A stretch of DNA of 64,000 nt from Candidatus Woesearchaeota archaeon (GCA_964366325.1 CAYITD010000004.1:10712-74711); one strand, 5' to 3'; counted from the stretch's first letter, positions 1 through 10,122 are shown. Numbers and translations are program-made. The notes: generated from the sequence alone by a model not told the origin.

Positions 1-2
1 AT

Positions 3-377
3 GATCCAAAAAGATGTTGTGATTTGAGAAAAGTTGAACCGATAAGAGAAGCTATGAAGGGAGTTGACGTTTTAATTAGTGGCTTGACTAGATCTCAATC
101 TATGCAAAGATCTAAAATAGGCACCGTTCAATTTGATAATATGCATGGACTTATAAGAATTCATCCACTTGCAACTTTGAATCGTCAGGGTGTTTTAGAA
201 TATGTAAGAGAAAATCGTGTTCCTTACAATGCCTTGCATGAAAGAGGATACCCTTCAATCGGATGTATGCAATGTACTAAGTCGGTTGTTACGCCAAGCA
301 TTGCCACATATTCTAGAGAGGGTCGTTGGAGTGATTTTGGTTTGTCTGATTGCGGTATGAATCGTGGAGCATATTAA
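3..377 (+). CDS. cysH: APS/PAPS reductase family protein (CysH-like), C-terminal part, 5'-truncated by window edge
   Basis: Frame is open from position 3: DPKRCCDLRKVEP (CC..RK..P), then YPSIGCMQCT and REGRW motifs. Confidence 0.8.
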   Translation, partial: DPKRCCDLRKVEPIREAMKGVDVLISGLTRSQSMQRSKIGTVQFDNMHGLIRIHPLATLNRQGVLEYVRENRVPYNALHERGYPSIGCMQCTKSVVTPSIATYSREGRWSDFGLSDCGMNRGAY

Positions 378-483
378 TTTTCCTTTAAGGCTAAATTTTC
401 AGTTTGTTAAATCGCTAATTTGTTGCGATGATCTATATGTGTAGTATTTTTATCAATATTAAAATAGTTTCTTATAATATAAT

Positions 484-1452
484 TTAAGCAGCTTTCTTTG
501 CTTTTGCTTTTTCCTTTTCTTTCTCGGCTGCGTTGACTTTGGAGGAAAGTTTATCTTCAAGGCCTAGGCGTTCTGTAAGTTCTTTATAACGATTTCTGAT
601 TGTTACTTCTGTTATTCCTGCAACATCGGCGACTTCTCTTTGCGTTTTCTTTTCTTCATTTAATAGAGCTGCTACATACAAGGCAGCTGCTGCGATTCCT
701 GCTGGGCCTCTTCCAGAAGTTAATTCTGAGATATCTGCTTTCTTTAAAATACGAAATGCTTCATTCTGTGTTTTTGGAGATAAATGGAGAATTGAAGAAA
801 ATCTTAAGATGTAATCTTTTGGAGAACTTGGAGTCACTTTGATTTTTAATTTTCTCACTATAAAACGATATGTTCTTCCTATTTCCTTTCTTTCAACGTC
901 AGATGCTTCAGCTATTTCGTCTAAGGTTCTAGGGATATTATATGAACGACAAGCAGCATAAATACATGCAGCTATAACTGATTCCATTGATCTGCCTCTA
1001 ACTAGGCCTCTCTGCAAGACGTAATGATAGACTCTAGATGCTTCATCTCTTATTACAGAAGGAAGATTAAGGAATGAAGCCACTCTTCTTAGTTCAGACA
1101 TTGCAAGTCTTAGATTTCTTTCTATCGATGTGGAGACACGTTCCTGCCATTTTTTTAATCTTAAGAATTTACGAGTTTGACCTGCTTCTAATTTATAGAT
1201 ATCTGAAATTTCACCAACATTTGTTGTTAGACCTTTGTCGTATTTTTGCATAGAAATAGGGGCTCCACTTCTGCCTCTTTTTTCAGATTTGTCAAATTGA
1301 CCTGCAGACTCTTGCCCAGTATCAACTATTTTTTCTTCGACGATTAAACCGCATTCGTTACAGACAACTTCACCTTTTTGGCTATCATAGGTTAAATCAA
1401 CACTTCCACACTCAGGGCAACGTTTTACATATGTCATTTTTCTGTTTTCCAA
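484..1452 (-). CDS. tfb: Transcription initiation factor IIB
   Basis: N-terminal Zn ribbon CPECG...CNECG, two cyclin repeats (RGRSME, GRGPAG), TEVTIRNRYKEL; likely ATG at 1437. Confidence 0.97.
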   Translation of the reverse strand: MENRKMTYVKRCPECGSVDLTYDSQKGEVVCNECGLIVEEKIVDTGQESAGQFDKSEKRGRSGAPISMQKYDKGLTTNVGEISDIYKLEAGQTRKFLRLKKWQERVSTSIERNLRLAMSELRRVASFLNLPSVIRDEASRVYHYVLQRGLVRGRSMESVIAACIYAACRSYNIPRTLDEIAEASDVERKEIGRTYRFIVRKLKIKVTPSSPKDYILRFSSILHLSPKTQNEAFRILKKADISELTSGRGPAGIAAAALYVAALLNEEKKTQREVADVAGITEVTIRNRYKELTERLGLEDKLSSKVNAAEKEKEKAKAKKAA

Positions 1453-1803
1453 CGAAAGGTTTAAAATACTTTCTATTTGGAGAGTATTTAAAGCTTTGTG
1501 GCATATTAGATTACTGAACAGTGGTTATTTAATTTAGTTGTTAAAAACTGCATATATTAAAAATTCTACAACAAATTTATAATTGTAATCTTTATAAACA
1601 AAGAATTCATAGGTAATCTATGGAAAGGCTACGAGAGTAGCAATCGTTGAGTCGAATCGTTATTAATTAATAAGAAAAACTTAATAGGCTACATAGACGT
1701 TCAAGCTTAGTCTTGTAACTTTATAATGATTGGGCTCTGCGAAAAGACTGTAGTAAATAAAAACTTAAAAAGAAGGAATTAGAATTAAAGCTGGAGGTAC
1801 AAT

Positions 1804-2274
1804 ATGACTATCATAAACGTAGAAAAAGTTGGAAGTGTTAGAGATATAGAGAAACTGAAGAAGGTTTTGCTCTATTTAATTAGTCATCTAGATTCTGCGA
1901 AATATAAGACTGAACTTATAAAACTTAGTTTTATTTTAGATTATAAATACAGCAAAGCTTTTAATTCTGAACAGAATGCGACAACTGTCGAATATGTAAA
2001 ATACAATTATGGCCCATATTCGGAGTCTTTTGTTGATGCATTTGAACAATTAAAAAATGAAGGAACAATAGTGGAAGTTAGTCTACCATTTGGTGCTGGA
2101 TTTGCTTTGGGTAAAGAAATAAATTCCAATGGATTGGACGAGAAAATTAAGATGATAATTGATGATGTGATAAAGGAATATGGTAAGAAACCACTAAGAG
2201 AGATGAAATCTTTTATTTATGATTTAGATGAATTCAAAAGGACAGAATTCGGAAAGCCAATTGCTCTTAATTGA
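1804..2274 (+). CDS. Panacea/SocA (DUF4065) antitoxin-like protein
   Basis: KTELIKLSFILDY and YVKYNYGPYSE motifs; GGAGGT RBS upstream; overlaps next ORF. Confidence 0.75.
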   Translation: MTIINVEKVGSVRDIEKLKKVLLYLISHLDSAKYKTELIKLSFILDYKYSKAFNSEQNATTVEYVKYNYGPYSESFVDAFEQLKNEGTIVEVSLPFGAGFALGKEINSNGLDEKIKMIIDDVIKEYGKKPLREMKSFIYDLDEFKRTEFGKPIALN

Positions 2275-3458
2275 CTGAAGACAAGTATGGTGTGGTTAAA
2301 AGGTTAATGGATAATCATATTTTAGACCAATCTAGAAATATCCTTAACGAGCCTGCGTTTCTAGAGTTTTTATTTGGTTTATTTCTTTTCTATCTTGGAT
2401 TTGAAAGATATAAGAAAATATTTGATGATGCTATTGAAACTCAAAGAAGAGACATAATTAGGGGAGAGAAGCCACACCCATTTGCATTGCCGGCTTTTCC
2501 CTTTAGATTTGTTGGTATAGGAAACAAGACTATTTTTATAGGTAAAATGGGCAAGCCGAATGAACTCTTTGCGGATATACTACAAAATAACTTTTTTTGG
2601 AATTATAATCATATTGATCGTACTGAGCCGTTTATAGATTCGATTATTATTCAACAAGAGTCTTGGAAGAAACATTCCTGCGACAAAAATTATCTAAATA
2701 AATATTGTCAGAATTGCAAGTTAGACTTTTCTATTTTAGCTTCTGCTTATTTTTCAAAGTTCTCTAAATCATTCAATATAGACGGCTATTTAACTTTAGA
2801 TATTCCTGCAACTATATTTGCTGAAATTATTTCTCAAGAAGGATTAGTAGAACTGGAACAACATCAAACATTGTGTTTTTGTGAGTCTGTTCTTGAAAAA
2901 GAATGGGGATTTTGTCCATTTTGTGGTAATAAGATAGATGTTTCTGTTTTTGAGAAAAATAATGATTCAATGGATGAACCTGAAAAGATCTTTAATTATA
3001 CTCTTGGTTTATATCTTTCTATAAAAAAAGGATATGATTTTAAGGCAAATTTTGTTATGGATAAGGATTTTAATAATGAGACAGACATTTATTTGCAGAA
3101 AAAAGATTCTATTAAACTAATTGAATATACTACTAAATTAAATCTTGACAAGTCTTATGTGGTCTCAAAAGTTAAGACTCTTAACCTTGTTGAAAGTTCT
3201 TTAAAAGCGGAAGCTTTAAGGATTGGTTCTGGAGCTCCTTCTTGCTCCTTAATTTTGCTAGGTATAAATAAACCTGAGAACAAGCCCCTCTTGGACTCAA
3301 TACCTTTGAAAATATTTGAAGATCCAAATAAATTTAAGATAATTGACTCAAAGTTTAAATTTAAGAAAACAAACGTGATACAGATAACTCAGGAAGAACT
3401 AGATAGTCTAAAAGCTGTATTTCTAGGTACACTCAATGAACTTCTTTCTTATCTTTGA
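2271..3458 (+). CDS. Hypothetical protein with Zn ribbon and putative PD-(D/E)xK nuclease C-terminal domain; candidate toxin
   Basis: CFC...CPFCG Zn finger; ETDIYL...IEYTTK motif; 4-nt overlap with Panacea gene. Confidence 0.5.
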   Translation: MTEDKYGVVKRLMDNHILDQSRNILNEPAFLEFLFGLFLFYLGFERYKKIFDDAIETQRRDIIRGEKPHPFALPAFPFRFVGIGNKTIFIGKMGKPNELFADILQNNFFWNYNHIDRTEPFIDSIIIQQESWKKHSCDKNYLNKYCQNCKLDFSILASAYFSKFSKSFNIDGYLTLDIPATIFAEIISQEGLVELEQHQTLCFCESVLEKEWGFCPFCGNKIDVSVFEKNNDSMDEPEKIFNYTLGLYLSIKKGYDFKANFVMDKDFNNETDIYLQKKDSIKLIEYTTKLNLDKSYVVSKVKTLNLVESSLKAEALRIGSGAPSCSLILLGINKPENKPLLDSIPLKIFEDPNKFKIIDSKFKFKKTNVIQITQEELDSLKAVFLGTLNELLSYL

Positions 3459-3580
3459 TCATATAAATCAATTTAATAGGACTTTGTTCTTTTGGTTTTG
3501 AATGAGATTTAGGTAGAGTTCAATTAGCATAAAGATTAGAGAGTTATTAATTTTGAAAGGACTTTTTAGTTTCTAAGAAC

Positions 3581-3961
3581 TTATTTGCTTTCAACTAGAA
3601 CTGCATTGACCATTCCTTCTTGAGTTGGTCTGTTTGTAATTTTAGCTTTTCCAAGAGGAGTTTCTATTACAACTCCCTTCATTAGCCTATTTTGACGGGC
3701 GAGGAAAAAGTTTTGAGGGGTTTCTACAACTTTTTTTATTGTTGTTTTTTGCATCTTTCCTTTTATTGAAATATTTACTGATTTCGCACTAAGTGTAACA
3801 GCTTTTTTATTTCCACCTATTGTTCTAACAGTTTTTCTTTTGTCTAGGTCTCTGACAGCTACTAGTCTTTCCTGACTATCTTTTTCAAAATGTTTTTTCT
3901 TTCTAAACCTGTGGTATTTTCCACCTGTTGTTTTTCTTCCTAATCTCATAGTACAGTTCAA
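3581..3961 (-). CDS. rps8e: 30S ribosomal protein S8e
   Basis: RKTTGGKY...RTIGGNKK...KGVVIETPLGKAKITNRPTQEGMVNAVL. Confidence 0.95.
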   Translation of the reverse strand: MNCTMRLGRKTTGGKYHRFRKKKHFEKDSQERLVAVRDLDKRKTVRTIGGNKKAVTLSAKSVNISIKGKMQKTTIKKVVETPQNFFLARQNRLMKGVVIETPLGKAKITNRPTQEGMVNAVLVESK

Positions 3962-4052
3962 AAATGTTGCTTTAAATAGTTTTTTGTTTTGTTGTTTTTC
4001 AAAATATTAAAAAAATAATATCTAAAAACGCAAGATTTAAATACCACTAGTA

Positions 4053-4313
4053 ATGAGAGCAAATATGGTTAACGGAATTGAGAGACCACTAGATCTTTTG
4101 AATCAGTCTAAAGGTAAAGAGGTTTTGATACAGTTGAAGGGCGATCAGCAGTTTGTTGGTAAGCTCTTGGCTTTTGATATGCACATTAATGTAGCTTTGG
4201 ATAATGCTAAAGAAATAAGGAATGGCGAACTAAAAAAGAACATTGGATTGACATTTTTGAGAGGAGATACTATTATTTTTATTTCACCTTCTTCTGCTTC
4301 TTTGGATAAATAA
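4053..4313 (+). CDS. Sm/LSm family RNA-binding protein
   Basis: RPLDLL...GKLLAFDMHINVAL...FLRGDTIIFIS Sm1/Sm2 motifs. Confidence 0.93.
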   Translation: MRANMVNGIERPLDLLNQSKGKEVLIQLKGDQQFVGKLLAFDMHINVALDNAKEIRNGELKKNIGLTFLRGDTIIFISPSSASLDK

Positions 4314-4320
4314 TTGGATT

Positions 4321-5214
4321 TTAAATTTCTAAACTATCAAAGTCATTGGCTAATTTTGTGTTTTTGAATAGTTTTTTCGCTTCATTTAGTATTTTTGATT
4401 CGTTGTGCTGATAACGCTCTGAAATATGCGTTAGAATTAGGCTTTTTATTTTCGCTTTTTTTGCTAATAACCCTGCGTCTTCTGCAGTCATGTGTTTATG
4501 TTCCAAGGCTTGAGCTTTGTCTTCTTTTGAGTAGGTTGATTCACAAATAACAATATCAGAATTTTTTGCAAGCTTTATGGCGTTAGAATTTGGAGCAGTG
4601 TCTAATATTATAGATATTTTTTTACCTTTTTCTTTATATGTTACGGAGGAGGCTTTTATTTTTTTACTTTCAAATACAATGTCTTTTCCTTTTTTTAGTT
4701 CTCCTAAAAGTGGAGAGTTTGGCAACTTAAGCTTTTTCAGACTTTTTTTGTTTAGTCTTATTTGGTCTTTAACTTCAAATGAGTATGCTAAAGAAGGAAT
4801 ATCGTGATCCATTTTTTCTGATTCTATTTCCAAGTCTTCTATTTTTAGAAATTTTCCTTCTACTTCTTTAATTTTGAGATTGATTTTTAATTTGAATAAT
4901 TGCTGCATTAAACTAAGAGAGTGGGTTGTGCCTTTTGGTCCAAATACTTCGAGAGTTTTAGTGTAATTATTCATTGCTAGAGTTTGTAATAAACCTGGAA
5001 TACCTAGGACATGGTCGCCATGCCAATGAGTTATAAGGAGCTTTGTTAATTTATTTGGAGAAATTTTAGCTATTTTAAATTGTTTTTGAGTTCCTTCTCC
5101 GCAGTCAATTAAAATATTCTCATTTTTATAGGAAAGGAGAATAGCTGTATGGTTTCTTTTTTTTGTTGGGATCGCGTTTCCTGTACCTAGAAAGACAATT
5201 TTTAATTTGTTCAT
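4321..5214 (-). CDS. rnz: Ribonuclease Z
   Basis: GTGNAIPTKKRN, DCGEGTQ, THWHGDHVLG, HMTAEDA, THISERY. Confidence 0.95.
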   Translation of the reverse strand: MNKLKIVFLGTGNAIPTKKRNHTAILLSYKNENILIDCGEGTQKQFKIAKISPNKLTKLLITHWHGDHVLGIPGLLQTLAMNNYTKTLEVFGPKGTTHSLSLMQQLFKLKINLKIKEVEGKFLKIEDLEIESEKMDHDIPSLAYSFEVKDQIRLNKKSLKKLKLPNSPLLGELKKGKDIVFESKKIKASSVTYKEKGKKISIILDTAPNSNAIKLAKNSDIVICESTYSKEDKAQALEHKHMTAEDAGLLAKKAKIKSLILTHISERYQHNESKILNEAKKLFKNTKLANDFDSLEI

Positions 5215-5335
5215 ATTTTGAATAGGAAAATATGTTTAAATAGCTTTAGTCAGAGAATTTGAGAGTTAACTTTTGTTTTTGACTTGTATTTTATAATTGC
5301 TAAATATTTAATAATAACTGATTTTTGTTTGTTTT

Positions 5336-6547
5336 ATGGAATGTCCATTGCATGGAAGCAAGTTTATGGGGAAAGGAAGCAGGGCGCAGATTCCTTTAAG
5401 AATTAGTACCGAGTTTATTCAGGCCGCCACTTATAGAATGGAAGAAGTTGATAGGAACTGTGGATATCAAGCGGAGAAAAAATATCTGGCTGCTAAGAGA
5501 TGGGAGGAAGGTTTACAGAAGAGAGAACATATTTGGTTAGGTATTTCTGGAGCTGCAACACCTGTTGGAATGGGTGGCTTGGTTGCAGATTTAATAGATA
5601 GGGGTCTTGTTGATGTAATTGTTTCAACTGGAGCTAATGTTTATCATGACTTGCATGTTGCATGTGGTTTGCCTTTAAGACATGGATCTGAGAAAGTTGA
5701 CGATGAAGCACTTCTAACTGATGAGGCGACTAGAATTTACACACAGCTTATACATAATAAATGGACTTTGAAAGCACAGGACTTCATAAATCAAAGAGTA
5801 TTTAGAGCGGTTTTAGAAAAAGGAGATCTGAAGCCACCATTCTCAACTGCCATGATGCTTCATGAATTTGGGAAAGCTATGTCTGCTTCGGAATATGCAA
5901 TAGACAAGCAGGGCTCATTTGTTTTGAAAGCTGCTGAAAGAGGAGTTCCTATATTCTTGGATTCAGCTTCAAACCACTCTTTAGGTATGGATTTTTCTTT
6001 GTTACAGATGCAGGGACTTCAAGCTGATTCAAGCCCCTCAAAAGATACTTGGCAATCTGCAGCTATTAGCCTTTACAATCAACCTCAATTTAATGTTTTC
6101 TTGGGAGAGGGTGGACCTAGAAATTTTATTCAGACTACGGCCCCTACAGCTGCTGAAATTTATGCAATTCCTTTTAATGGATCTGATGGATGCATTAGAT
6201 TTACAACGTCTGATGAAAGGGCAGGAGCTTTATCGGGGTCTACTGGAAGTGAAGCCGTTACTTGGGGGAAATATCCAGATGCGGACCCGATGAGAGACAT
6301 TGCTGTTTGGGGAGAATACACTTTGACTTTTCCAGATGTAGTAGGTTATGTCGCTGGAAAGATTGGAATGAGAAAAAATAGAAGAGTGATGGATCAACTT
6401 TCTAATCTAGAAGATAGATTTTTAGCGGATGCAGGCGCTCATTCAGGGGATTTAAAAAGGTTTCAAGAAGAACTTAGAGAAAAAATTCCTTCAATCGTGG
6501 CAAATGAAATTAGACTTAGAGAAAGAGAAGGATATCAGTTCGAATAA
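5336..6547 (+). CDS. Deoxyhypusine synthase-like protein (divergent paralog; possible homospermidine synthase)
   Basis: ISGAATPVGMGG, VSTGANVYHD, GALSGSTGSEAVTWGK (catalytic-Lys region). Confidence 0.8.
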   Translation: MECPLHGSKFMGKGSRAQIPLRISTEFIQAATYRMEEVDRNCGYQAEKKYLAAKRWEEGLQKREHIWLGISGAATPVGMGGLVADLIDRGLVDVIVSTGANVYHDLHVACGLPLRHGSEKVDDEALLTDEATRIYTQLIHNKWTLKAQDFINQRVFRAVLEKGDLKPPFSTAMMLHEFGKAMSASEYAIDKQGSFVLKAAERGVPIFLDSASNHSLGMDFSLLQMQGLQADSSPSKDTWQSAAISLYNQPQFNVFLGEGGPRNFIQTTAPTAAEIYAIPFNGSDGCIRFTTSDERAGALSGSTGSEAVTWGKYPDADPMRDIAVWGEYTLTFPDVVGYVAGKIGMRKNRRVMDQLSNLEDRFLADAGAHSGDLKRFQEELREKIPSIVANEIRLREREGYQFE

Positions 6548-6581
6548 TAATTTATTTAAAGTAGAATAACTCTTTTAAAAT

Positions 6582-7058
6582 ATGGAAGATGTGCAAGAGA
6601 AAGCTCATTACATTGCTGTAACTGGTATAATAAGAAACTCTGATGGACGATATTTAATATGCAAAAGAAGTCCGAATGAAAAAGTTTTCCCTAATAAATG
6701 GTGTGTTCCTGGAGGAAAAGTGCAAAAAAGTGATTTTGTAAATACGCCTAAAGACACAAAAGATCATTGGTTTGCGATATTTGAAAAAACTTTGGAAAAA
6801 GAGATTTTAGAAGAAACTGGGCTTAAAATAAAAAACATAGGCTATGTATCTAACCTTGCATTGATACGCCCTAACGGATTTTCTACACTTATTGTAAGTC
6901 TCCATGCACAGCATGATGACGGGGAAGTTAAATTAGATAAGGAGGAACTTGTTGATTATGCTTGGGTTTCTTTAGAAGAAGCAAAAAATTATGATTTAAT
7001 TGAAAATATTTATGAACAAATAGAGAAAGTTGACAAATCTTATAATGGCAGACCTTAG
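6582..7058 (+). CDS. NUDIX hydrolase
   Basis: WCVPGGKV...LEKEILEETGL Nudix box with insertion. Confidence 0.88.
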   Translation: MEDVQEKAHYIAVTGIIRNSDGRYLICKRSPNEKVFPNKWCVPGGKVQKSDFVNTPKDTKDHWFAIFEKTLEKEILEETGLKIKNIGYVSNLALIRPNGFSTLIVSLHAQHDDGEVKLDKEELVDYAWVSLEEAKNYDLIENIYEQIEKVDKSYNGRP

Positions 7059-7103
7059 TGCTTTATTCAGAGAATTTATAAAACAAAGTTTCTTTTTATT
7101 AAT

Positions 7104-8069
7104 ATGAAGAGAAAGGTGATCCAGTCGTTCGTAACTTTTGGTTCAATAGTTTTTTTGCTTGGTTTGTTACATTATATGTACTTTGGTAGCATAACTGGCT
7201 TTTCTTTATATAAAGAAGGATATGAATTCAACAGTGAAGATTATCTTGCAAATTACGGTTTACATGATGAAATAAATGTTCAAATTGATGATTTAGATGA
7301 TGTTAATTTAAGAGCTGGTTCTTTTTTTGAAAAAGAAATTAGGATTAAAAATTCTGGTTTGGCTTTTCTAACAAATTGTAATTTTGTTTTTGAAGGAGAA
7401 GTTAAGAGCTGGTTTAGCACATATGGATCTAAAAGCATAGGGGTTGATGAGGAAAAAGTTTTCATTGTTCGTATTTCAGCGCCTGAAAATGTTGAAGAAG
7501 GAGGGTATATTTCAAAACTAACTTTTAGATGTGATGAAGGGAAACTAGAGAGAGACTTAAGGGTTAAAGTGAGCAAGAATGATTTTAAGGGAAAAATATC
7601 TGAGTATGAATTTACAGATAATGAACTAAAAATTTATTATTTTTTAGCTGAAGTTGGAGGAAGAGATCATGAGATTCGGATGAGCTACCACTTATTTGGA
7701 ACAGAAAGAAATGAAATATTAAAAGGAGAGGGCAATGTTGTCCTTGGAGCAGGTGATTCCAAGGTTTTTGTTTTGGAGATACCTATAGAAAAGAAAGATA
7801 TTACAGATCGTCATTTGGAATTGATCTTAAGTGATGAAAATAATCTAGTAAAATTGGAGAAGGAGATAGTATTTCCTAGAAATTTAATGACTAGCAGAAC
7901 TATTTTTGTTCCGGACTCTTTTAATTTTTATATTTCTGGTTTTGTATTGTTGACTTTATTGATTTTATTTTTAGTCACTAAAAAAATATTCAATTTGTAT
8001 AGTGAAACAAAGGTAGTTGATTTCGATTTCAATCATAAAAGAAGAAAGCTAATAGATTTGAGAATATGA
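7104..8069 (+). CDS. Hypothetical membrane-anchored protein with Ig-like extracellular repeats
   Basis: N- and C-terminal hydrophobic segments flanking beta-rich region. Confidence 0.55.
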   Translation: MKRKVIQSFVTFGSIVFLLGLLHYMYFGSITGFSLYKEGYEFNSEDYLANYGLHDEINVQIDDLDDVNLRAGSFFEKEIRIKNSGLAFLTNCNFVFEGEVKSWFSTYGSKSIGVDEEKVFIVRISAPENVEEGGYISKLTFRCDEGKLERDLRVKVSKNDFKGKISEYEFTDNELKIYYFLAEVGGRDHEIRMSYHLFGTERNEILKGEGNVVLGAGDSKVFVLEIPIEKKDITDRHLELILSDENNLVKLEKEIVFPRNLMTSRTIFVPDSFNFYISGFVLLTLLILFLVTKKIFNLYSETKVVDFDFNHKRRKLIDLRI

Positions 8070-8272
8070 GCGAAAAAAAGTTTGCCTTGGTTTTTTCAGG
8101 TATATTTTTGTTAGTTCTGTTAGTTCTCATCTGCTCTTTTTTATTTTTAAAAAAATATAGTTTAAACCAAAGTGTGATGGTTTCTTTCTGGTCGATTATA
8201 ATTCTTTTGTTTTTACTTTTTGGAGTTGTGGTTATTTCTCTTTTTTTAAATAAGGTTAGAAAAGCTAAATGA
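8066..8272 (+). CDS. Small two-TM membrane protein
   Basis: Two hydrophobic helices; 4-nt overlap with upstream gene. Confidence 0.55.
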   Translation: MSEKKFALVFSGIFLLVLLVLICSFLFLKKYSLNQSVMVSFWSIIILLFLLFGVVVISLFLNKVRKAK

Positions 8273-8368
8273 TTAAAGTTACTATCTTAAAGTAATTAAA
8301 TATCTTTGTTTGTTTCCACAAAAAGTTTATAAATAAAGTTATTTATAAAGGTGTTATAGGGTCATTTT

Positions 8369-8938
8369 TTGATAATGGTTACAAAAGCTAAAAAGTCGGA
8401 TTTAAAGATACAGAACATAGTAGCTACTACTTCTCTTGGAAAGCCCGTTTCTCTGACGAAACTTGCTAGAATGCAGAGTAATACGGAGTATAATCCTGAA
8501 CAATTTCCAGGTCTCGTTTTGAGAGTTAAAGAACCTAAGTCAGCAGTTCTTGTATTTTCTTCTGGGAATTTAGTTTGTACAGGGACAAAGAGCATTGCCC
8601 AAGTTAGGGAAGTTATAGATGTAGTTATAAAACAGATTGCTAAGATAGGCGTTAAGATTACAGATAAACCTAAAATAACTGTTCAGAATATAGTCGCTTC
8701 TGGCAGTATAGATTTGACTTTGAATTTGAATATTTTGGCTTTGCAGTTGGAGAACACGGAATATGAACCTGAACAATTTCCAGGTTTAGTTTACAAGTTA
8801 GTTGACCCTACAGCCACTTTTTTGCTTTTCTCCAATGGAAAATTGGTTTGTACTGGTACAAAAGATAAGGAACAGTTGGAAGAGAGCATGAGACAATTGA
8901 ACAAAAATATAAGAATTGCTATTGCTAAGAAAGTTTAA
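8369..8938 (+). CDS. tbp: TATA-box binding protein
   Basis: Two repeats of IQNIVA...EYxPEQFPGLV...FSxGxLVCTG. Confidence 0.98.
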   Translation: MIMVTKAKKSDLKIQNIVATTSLGKPVSLTKLARMQSNTEYNPEQFPGLVLRVKEPKSAVLVFSSGNLVCTGTKSIAQVREVIDVVIKQIAKIGVKITDKPKITVQNIVASGSIDLTLNLNILALQLENTEYEPEQFPGLVYKLVDPTATFLLFSNGKLVCTGTKDKEQLEESMRQLNKNIRIAIAKKV

Positions 8939-8958
8939 GATTTTCTGATGTTAAAGTT

Positions 8959-10122
8959 TTAAAAATTTGATAATTTTGTCTGATTTTTGAAATCTTTTAG
9001 AATTTTTGATTTTTTTGTGTAATTTGAAATTGGCTGCTTGAGCCTCAATTGTATGTTTTGAAGGGCTTCCTTAAGTGTGTTGAATATTTCTGGAGGATTT
9101 GAAAATGCATTTCTACTAGTTTCTCTTAAGATTCCTACTCCGAGCGGTTCTGTGTATTCTGGTCTTATTTCTCTGAAGACCAAGCATGAAGACTGCTTTT
9201 TTATTTTTTGCAGGTATTCTGTTAGAGCAAGACGGTTTGCATAATATGCACCTGTTACAGAGTCTGCATATTTTTTTCTGGGAAAGAATGATTCGTAATC
9301 TTGCCAAACTCCGAAGCTTTTTAGAGATATTTCTATTACTTCGAATGAGAATTTTTCAGGAAGGAGGAGAAATTCATAGTGGTTTCCAAGATATTCTGCA
9401 TGAAAGACTTGAAACTCAACTATTTCGTTGGATAATTTTATTTCTTTTAATTTTTCTTTTGAAAGAGTGTCGTCTACAGCGGTTATTGACCAACGGGTTG
9501 GAACCATTTTTCTGTTTTTCTTTAAACCTAGAAGGCCGGCTGACAGGAGTTTTATCAATGAAGAATTTGAGATTTTATGTTTTTCTAATTCTAATAAGGC
9601 GGAAACTGATTTTACATCTGTGTCATTTACAAGGTAGTCTATTTTTTTCCTTATTGGAATATTTTCTTGAATTATTACTTTTTTTATCTGCGCGGCTTTT
9701 GAAATTAGAGGAACAAGGGAGTCATTTTCTGAATTTTTAGTTATTGGTTTTTCTAATTCATATTCTGCCGATACTGGTTTTTCAGACATAGCTATTTCTT
9801 GTATTACTGGAAGAAATTTTTTTTCCGTAAGAACTGCGTGAACATTTTTTTGCTGTCTTCCATAAATTAATTTGTTTCTTAAAGTTAAAATTGAAGAAAT
9901 AGAGAGTTTGTTTTTGTGCCACTCTTCTGGAGAAGACATTAAAGATGTATCTCCATGTTCTGTAGGAGAGAGGACACCAGCATAGACGTTTGGATAATTC
10001 CATTTTCCTACGAATATCTCTGGAGGACTGGAGCCTGAAAATTTTTGAATTTTTTGGGATTTACTAATTAGGAATGAGTGTTTTTTACAATTATATTCAC
10101 CACAGATTTTGCAATAAGACAT
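8959..10122 (-). CDS. Nre family DNA repair protein
   Basis: GSSPPEIFVGKWNYPNV, VPTRWSITAVD, GAYYANRLA, PLGVGILRE; C-terminal PIP-like QTKLSNF. Confidence 0.9.
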   Translation of the reverse strand: MSYCKICGEYNCKKHSFLISKSQKIQKFSGSSPPEIFVGKWNYPNVYAGVLSPTEHGDTSLMSSPEEWHKNKLSISSILTLRNKLIYGRQQKNVHAVLTEKKFLPVIQEIAMSEKPVSAEYELEKPITKNSENDSLVPLISKAAQIKKVIIQENIPIRKKIDYLVNDTDVKSVSALLELEKHKISNSSLIKLLSAGLLGLKKNRKMVPTRWSITAVDDTLSKEKLKEIKLSNEIVEFQVFHAEYLGNHYEFLLLPEKFSFEVIEISLKSFGVWQDYESFFPRKKYADSVTGAYYANRLALTEYLQKIKKQSSCLVFREIRPEYTEPLGVGILRETSRNAFSNPPEIFNTLKEALQNIQLRLKQPISNYTKKSKILKDFKNQTKLSNF

